Assembly: GCF_000175255.2 (NCBI RefSeq)
Contig: NC_017262.1
Span: forward strand, 1 to 32,000
Reading direction: 5' to 3'
Length of the DNA stretch: 32,000 bases
Source: Zymomonas mobilis subsp. mobilis ATCC 10988
Lineage (GTDB): Bacteria; Pseudomonadota; Alphaproteobacteria; Sphingomonadales; Sphingomonadaceae
Position numbers and translations under genes: made by a program. A model generated the notes under the pieces. It did not search any database, had not been told where the DNA came from, and saw nothing but the letters and a program-made list of their open reading frames with translations. Of this stretch, positions 27,663-32,000 are shown one piece after another. Numbering within the stretch: position 1 is the stretch's first letter; each line of letters starts with the position of its first letter.

Positions 27663-28469
27663 TTAGCGGCTTTTTCGCTGCTGATTTAAGACTTCATAGG
27701 CCATAATGGCGCCCGCTACGGCAACGTTCAGGCTATCCGCACGCCCCATCATCGGAATTTTAACCAGATGGTCGCAGGCATCTTCATAAGAATCCGGTAA
27801 ACCTTGGGCTTCATTCCCGACCAGAACAAAGCTGGGCGTTTGATAACGGGGTTCCTGATAATCTTGGGTTGCCCGCAAACTGGTGCCGATCAGATCACCT
27901 TCTCCCTGTCGTAACCATACAAGGAAATCTTCCCAACGGGCGGTGGCTATTTTCTGGGTAAACAACGCTCCCATCGTGGCGCGGACAGCTTCAACAGAAA
28001 AAGGATCAACACAGTCGTCAATCAAGATCAAGCCACCCGCACCGACCGCATCACCGGTGCGTAACAAGGTGCCAAGATTCCCCGGATCTCTCAACGATTG
28101 AGCCACTAACCAGATCGGAGCCTGTCTGCGGTCAATAGAGGACAAAGGAAGGGTAAAACTCTCAAAAACCCCGATAACGGTCTGGGGATTATCTTTGCCG
28201 GATAATTTATGCAAAATATCACGGCTGGTTTCGATGGCTTCGCCCCCGTTATCTTCGACAGCTTCGATCAATTGCTGAACCAAAGGATGCGCGGCACTAT
28301 CAGCCGCAAAGAAAATATAGACCGGAATAAAACCCGCTTCACGGGCTTCGGTCAGAATGCGTAAGCCTTCAGCTAGGAACAGTCCCTCTTCGCGGCGATG
28401 TTTTTTATCGCGCAAGGAACGAACACGTTTGATAAGCGGATTGGAAAAGGCGGTAATAGCTCTAGGCAT
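27663..28469 (-). CDS. TrmH/SpoU family RNA methyltransferase
   Basis: NPLIKRVRSLRDKKHRREEGLFLAEG, LRDPGNLGTLLRTGDAVGAGGLILI, LVGNEAQGLP, VKIPMMGRADSLNVAVAGAIMAYE. Confidence 0.95.
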   Translation of the reverse strand: MPRAITAFSNPLIKRVRSLRDKKHRREEGLFLAEGLRILTEAREAGFIPVYIFFAADSAAHPLVQQLIEAVEDNGGEAIETSRDILHKLSGKDNPQTVIGVFESFTLPLSSIDRRQAPIWLVAQSLRDPGNLGTLLRTGDAVGAGGLILIDDCVDPFSVEAVRATMGALFTQKIATARWEDFLVWLRQGEGDLIGTSLRATQDYQEPRYQTPSFVLVGNEAQGLPDSYEDACDHLVKIPMMGRADSLNVAVAGAIMAYEVLNQQRKSR

Positions 28470-28486
28470 GAAAAAACAGATAGTCC

Positions 28487-28759
28487 TTATTCTTCGCCGA
28501 ATTTTTGTTCAACCAGATCGGCCAAGGCACTGACAGCCCGTTCGGCACCGACACCTGACGCATAAATGGTCACATAATCACCAATAGCGGCCCCTAACAT
28601 CATCAGCCCCATAATCGAGGTGCCAACGACTTTATTGCCGTCTTTTTCAACTTCAATCACGGCTGACTGGGCAGAGGCCAAAGCCACGAAACGGGCGCTT
28701 GCACGGGCATGAAGACCGCGTTTATTCGTAATCTGCACTTTTCGGATAATAGGGGTCAT
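28487..28759 (-). CDS. ptsH: Phosphocarrier protein HPr
   Basis: 90 aa; NKRGLHARASARFVALA (active-site His) and VVGTSIMGLMMLGA (conserved Ser region). Confidence 0.93.
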   Translation of the reverse strand: MTPIIRKVQITNKRGLHARASARFVALASAQSAVIEVEKDGNKVVGTSIMGLMMLGAAIGDYVTIYASGVGAERAVSALADLVEQKFGEE

Positions 28760-29160
28760 AATGATTCGCCTAATATTTCAGAAGCCACTGATATATATTT
28801 TCGTCCAGCCTCGCGGGCAGCTGCAACTGCCGCTTGAACGTCTTGTTGTCTGCGGGCGCGTTCCAGCCTGATAAGCATCGGTAAATTGATACCGGCAATC
28901 ACTTCGATTTTACCCGGTTGCATCAATGAAATCGCCAGATTTGAAGGCGTTCCACCGAATAAATCGGTTAACAGAATAACACCGTCACCATTTTCGACCT
29001 CGGCAATAGCCTTGGCGATGTCGGCACGCCGGTTTTCCATATCATCATCGGGGCCGATACAAATCGCGGCAACCGCTTCTTGTTTTCCAACGACATGCTC
29101 CATGGCTGTGACAAACTCTGCCGCCAGCCCCCCATGCGTTACTAACACCAATCCAATCAT
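28756..29160 (-). CDS. PTS EIIA component, mannose/fructose (EIIA-Man) family
   Basis: MIGLVLVTHGGLAAEFVTAMEHVVG active-site His context; VILLTDLFGGTPSNLAISLM. Confidence 0.94.
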   Translation of the reverse strand: MIGLVLVTHGGLAAEFVTAMEHVVGKQEAVAAICIGPDDDMENRRADIAKAIAEVENGDGVILLTDLFGGTPSNLAISLMQPGKIEVIAGINLPMLIRLERARRQQDVQAAVAAAREAGRKYISVASEILGESL

Positions 29161-29167
29161 GAAGTGA

Positions 29168-30139
29168 TCATCCGCCTTGATATGCCTTTCCTGCCCGTAT
29201 CCGGTTTGATTGCGATTCGAGCAGAGGTAGTTTTAGGTCACGATGGGTAATAGTGAGAGAAAAATGCGCCTGACGCAACCGAGCCGCTATCCACTCCGCA
29301 ACATAAACCGATCTGTGCCGCCCACCTGTGCAAGCAAAAGCAATAACAATATAGCTTTTTCCTGTATCTATATAGCGTGGTAACAAAAAAAGAAGCAGAT
29401 CTTTAATTTTTGTAACCGCCGGTAAAAAAGAGGGGTCTTGCTCAATATAGTCGGCAATCTCTGGATCAAGTCCGGTCAAAGGCCGCAAAGCCTCTTCCCA
29501 ATAAGGATTTTGAAGAAAGCGCATATCGAAAAGAAGGTCGCAATTTCTGGGAATACCGCGCGAAAAACCGAAAGACAAAATCGACACATTCGGGGCAACA
29601 CTGTTTTCCGGTGCGAATTGCTGTCTTAATTCGCTTTGCAAGCTGTGGCTGCTGGTCGTGGTGGTATCAATGAGAAAATCGGCAATTTCTCTGACAGGTG
29701 CTAAAAATGCCCGTTCTTCGGAAATGCCATCTTCCATCGGTCGATCAAGGGCTAAAGGATGCCGCCGCCTGGTTGTATCAAAGCGCCGCATTAACTCGCT
29801 GTCAGAACAATCGAGGAAAAGAATATCAATTGGCTGGCTATGATGCTGGCGAAGCTGCTCAACCCCTTTTAGAAAAGCGTCAACGGTAAAACCTCGGGTG
29901 CGGCTATCAATACCCAAAGCCAAAGGCCGCCCTTTATAGGCCGCGACCGATGACGGCGGCGTAAGAATTAACCGCTCCAACAGGGAGAGCGGCAAATTAT
30001 CGACGGTTTCCCATCCCATATCTTCAAAAGTGCGAAGCGCTGTTGATTTTCCGGCACCCGATAATCCGGTTACCAATAAAATACGCGCAGGCGGAGCCGC
30101 AGAAGACGAGGGGGCAGAAGACAAATCATTCCGGCTCAT
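29168..30139 (-). CDS. rapZ: RNase adapter / P-loop nucleotide-binding protein RapZ
   Basis: LLVTGLSGAGKSTALRTFEDMGWETVDNLP; SFGFSRGIPRNCDLLFDMRFLQNPYW; IAFACTGGRHRSVYVAE. Confidence 0.95.
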   Translation of the reverse strand: MSRNDLSSAPSSSAAPPARILLVTGLSGAGKSTALRTFEDMGWETVDNLPLSLLERLILTPPSSVAAYKGRPLALGIDSRTRGFTVDAFLKGVEQLRQHHSQPIDILFLDCSDSELMRRFDTTRRRHPLALDRPMEDGISEERAFLAPVREIADFLIDTTTTSSHSLQSELRQQFAPENSVAPNVSILSFGFSRGIPRNCDLLFDMRFLQNPYWEEALRPLTGLDPEIADYIEQDPSFLPAVTKIKDLLLFLLPRYIDTGKSYIVIAFACTGGRHRSVYVAEWIAARLRQAHFSLTITHRDLKLPLLESQSNRIRAGKAYQGG

Positions 30140-30161
30140 AGGTAAGATATCCTCTTCAATC

Positions 30162-30653
30162 TCAATCTTTTAGCAGAATATCTCCCTGTAAACACGCTAT
30201 TTTCATTTCAATTTTTATCGGTGTCGAAGCCTCAAAAGCCTTAAGCGTTAAAAGCGGCAAAGCCCGCCCTAAAATTTCTACAGAATCGGCAGGATCAGGC
30301 ATCCGCTCAACGCTGTCATCCAAAATGACAGCCAAGGCCAGATTCGCCTTAGGCGAAAAGGGCATCTTGACAATCCCCACACCTCTTATTTCTAACAAAC
30401 CTGCAATATGAGAAGGCGGAGAGGCAACCAAAAGCCGTTTTTCGGGATCATCTTCTATCAAGCTGTAATCATCACTGACCAGAATGGCTCCGCGATCTAT
30501 CAGGCGCAAAGCAAGGTCGGACTTCCCGCTACCAGACGCACCGATCAAAAGAACGCCGTGATTTTTGATGAATATCGTCGTTGCATGAATCAAGGCCGAT
30601 GATTCGTTTGAACCATCGGCCTTGCGGGTATTTTCAATAGTTACAGAAGACAT
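30162..30653 (-). CDS. hprK: Short HPr kinase/phosphorylase (C-terminal catalytic domain only)
   Basis: VLLIGASGSGKSDLALRLIDRGAILVSDDYSLI; GLLEIRGVGIV; 163 aa, lacking the N-terminal domain of Firmicutes HprK. Confidence 0.92.
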   Translation of the reverse strand: MSSVTIENTRKADGSNESSALIHATTIFIKNHGVLLIGASGSGKSDLALRLIDRGAILVSDDYSLIEDDPEKRLLVASPPSHIAGLLEIRGVGIVKMPFSPKANLALAVILDDSVERMPDPADSVEILGRALPLLTLKAFEASTPIKIEMKIACLQGDILLKD

Positions 30654-30795
30654 CTCAATTAGAACGCTTTAGCCCATGACATTACAAAGATAATCACAGT
30701 CAAAAGCGATAAGAAATAGATATTCCAAAATCACCTTTTTCGGTGGAAATTTTCATCCATTTCGCTTGGAATGTCAGAGCTATTTTATCCATTCT

Positions 30796-32000
30796 CTAGG
30801 CTTTTTTACCATTTTGGGTCGGATGAATGATCGGAGCGGCGGGAAGATGGACAATAAAGCTAGCACCGGCTTTTCCATGCGACCGCTTGGCGACCTCAAT
30901 CGTGCCGTGATGGGCTTCAACCGTCGCTTTCGCAATCGCCAATCCCAAACCACTATGGCGACCAAAGGCTTCCTGACTGGGGCGGACAGAATGGAATCGC
31001 CGGAAAATTTCTTCCTTGGCATCATCCGGCACGCCGGGGCCTTCATCTTCTACTCTGATGACAACATCATCTTTGTCGCGGGTTGTGGTAATCGTTACCA
31101 AACCATCCGGCGGCGAAAATGAAATCGCGTTATCGATCAGATTTTCAACAACCCGCGTCAATCTCGTGCCATCGCCCAAAACCACGGCAATACCGGATTG
31201 CGGGCGGGCAAAAGCAATACGGACATCGGCTGCATCAGGCCGCCTCTCGCAATGCTTGGTGACACCTTGAATTAACGGGCCTAAATCAATGACTTCAAAG
31301 CTGGAACGCGCCATTTCTGCGTCAACACGCGAAGCCTCTGAAATATCGGTAATCAGGCGATCTAACCGCTGAATATCGTCACGAATGACGCCGATCAATT
31401 GCTGCCGCAAATGATCGTCTTTTATCATTTCCAGACTATCGACCGCCGACCGTAACGAAGCCAACGGATTTTTCAGCTCATGCGTTACATCAGCAGCAAA
31501 AGCCTCTGTCGCATCAATCCGCTGTTGCAAGGCGGTATTCATATCAGACAGCGATCTCGCCAATAGACCAATTTCATCACGGCGCGCGGGCAGGCGAGGG
31601 ACTTTAACCTCTCTTGCCTGTCCTAAACGGACGCGTACCGCTGCTTTGGCAAGGCTTTTCAATGGGTGAACAATTGTTCGCGCCAAAAATAAAGACAATC
31701 CGACAGAAACACAGGTAACGACCAATAAAACGATCATTGCCCAAAAACGCTGCCGTCTGACCTTATGGGTAATATAACGCGGGTTATCCGTTGCAAATAA
31801 GGTAGCGCCATCTTTCCCGATAGGGGTCGCGATTGAAATCAACGGTGTCCGATCCGCCGCCCATCTTATCTGCGCTGCCATTTCATTCTGGCTACGGGCA
31901 GTCACCGCTTCCGGCCATGCTTGCAGCCGGTCATCTTTCGGTTCCTGATAATAACTTAACGGGCTGGCATGGACGACAATATCATTGATCCGATCCAATG
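30796..32000 (-). CDS. Sensor histidine kinase, ChvG-like (5' end truncated by the window edge)
   Basis: HAMP region ARTIVHPLKSLAKAAVRVRLGQ; H-box FAADVTHELKNPLASLRSAVDSL; N-box LTRVVENLIDNAISFSP; G-boxes VEDEGPGVPD and GRHSGLGLAIAKATVEAHHG. The reading frame reaches the window end. Confidence 0.9.
   Translation of the reverse strand, partial: LDRINDIVVHASPLSYYQEPKDDRLQAWPEAVTARSQNEMAAQIRWAADRTPLISIATPIGKDGATLFATDNPRYITHKVRRQRFWAMIVLLVVTCVSVGLSLFLARTIVHPLKSLAKAAVRVRLGQAREVKVPRLPARRDEIGLLARSLSDMNTALQQRIDATEAFAADVTHELKNPLASLRSAVDSLEMIKDDHLRQQLIGVIRDDIQRLDRLITDISEASRVDAEMARSSFEVIDLGPLIQGVTKHCERRPDAADVRIAFARPQSGIAVVLGDGTRLTRVVENLIDNAISFSPPDGLVTITTTRDKDDVVIRVEDEGPGVPDDAKEEIFRRFHSVRPSQEAFGRHSGLGLAIAKATVEAHHGTIEVAKRSHGKAGASFIVHLPAAPIIHPTQNGKKA

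Overview
This 32 kb window looks like ordinary chromosomal backbone of an alphaproteobacterium. Protein character and gene order suggest a sphingomonad or Zymomonas-like organism, but I did no database search. It holds about 22 well-supported protein genes, with dnaA near the left edge. The right side carries a minus-strand cluster: chvG-like kinase, short hprK, rapZ, EIIA-Man, HPr, TrmH-family methyltransferase and NAD kinase. One tRNA-Asn(GUU) gene is present on the minus strand. I see no CRISPR array, transposase, prophage, toxin-antitoxin pair or recognisable defence system, and no convincing evidence of a novel multi-gene system. The items most worth a second look are: (1) a very good intrinsic terminator on the minus strand at 23292-23329 with no gene of its own, suggesting a possible small RNA upstream; (2) a dienelactone-hydrolase-family protein with a Tat-like leader whose nucleophile cysteine position reads glycine; (3) a 9-10 copy 8-bp tandem repeat (TTAATGGC) between an aldo/keto reductase gene and tRNA-Asn; (4) a long hairpin with a CCUCC loop in the leader of a Bax-inhibitor-1 family gene; and (5) the compact, overlapping regulatory PTS cluster.
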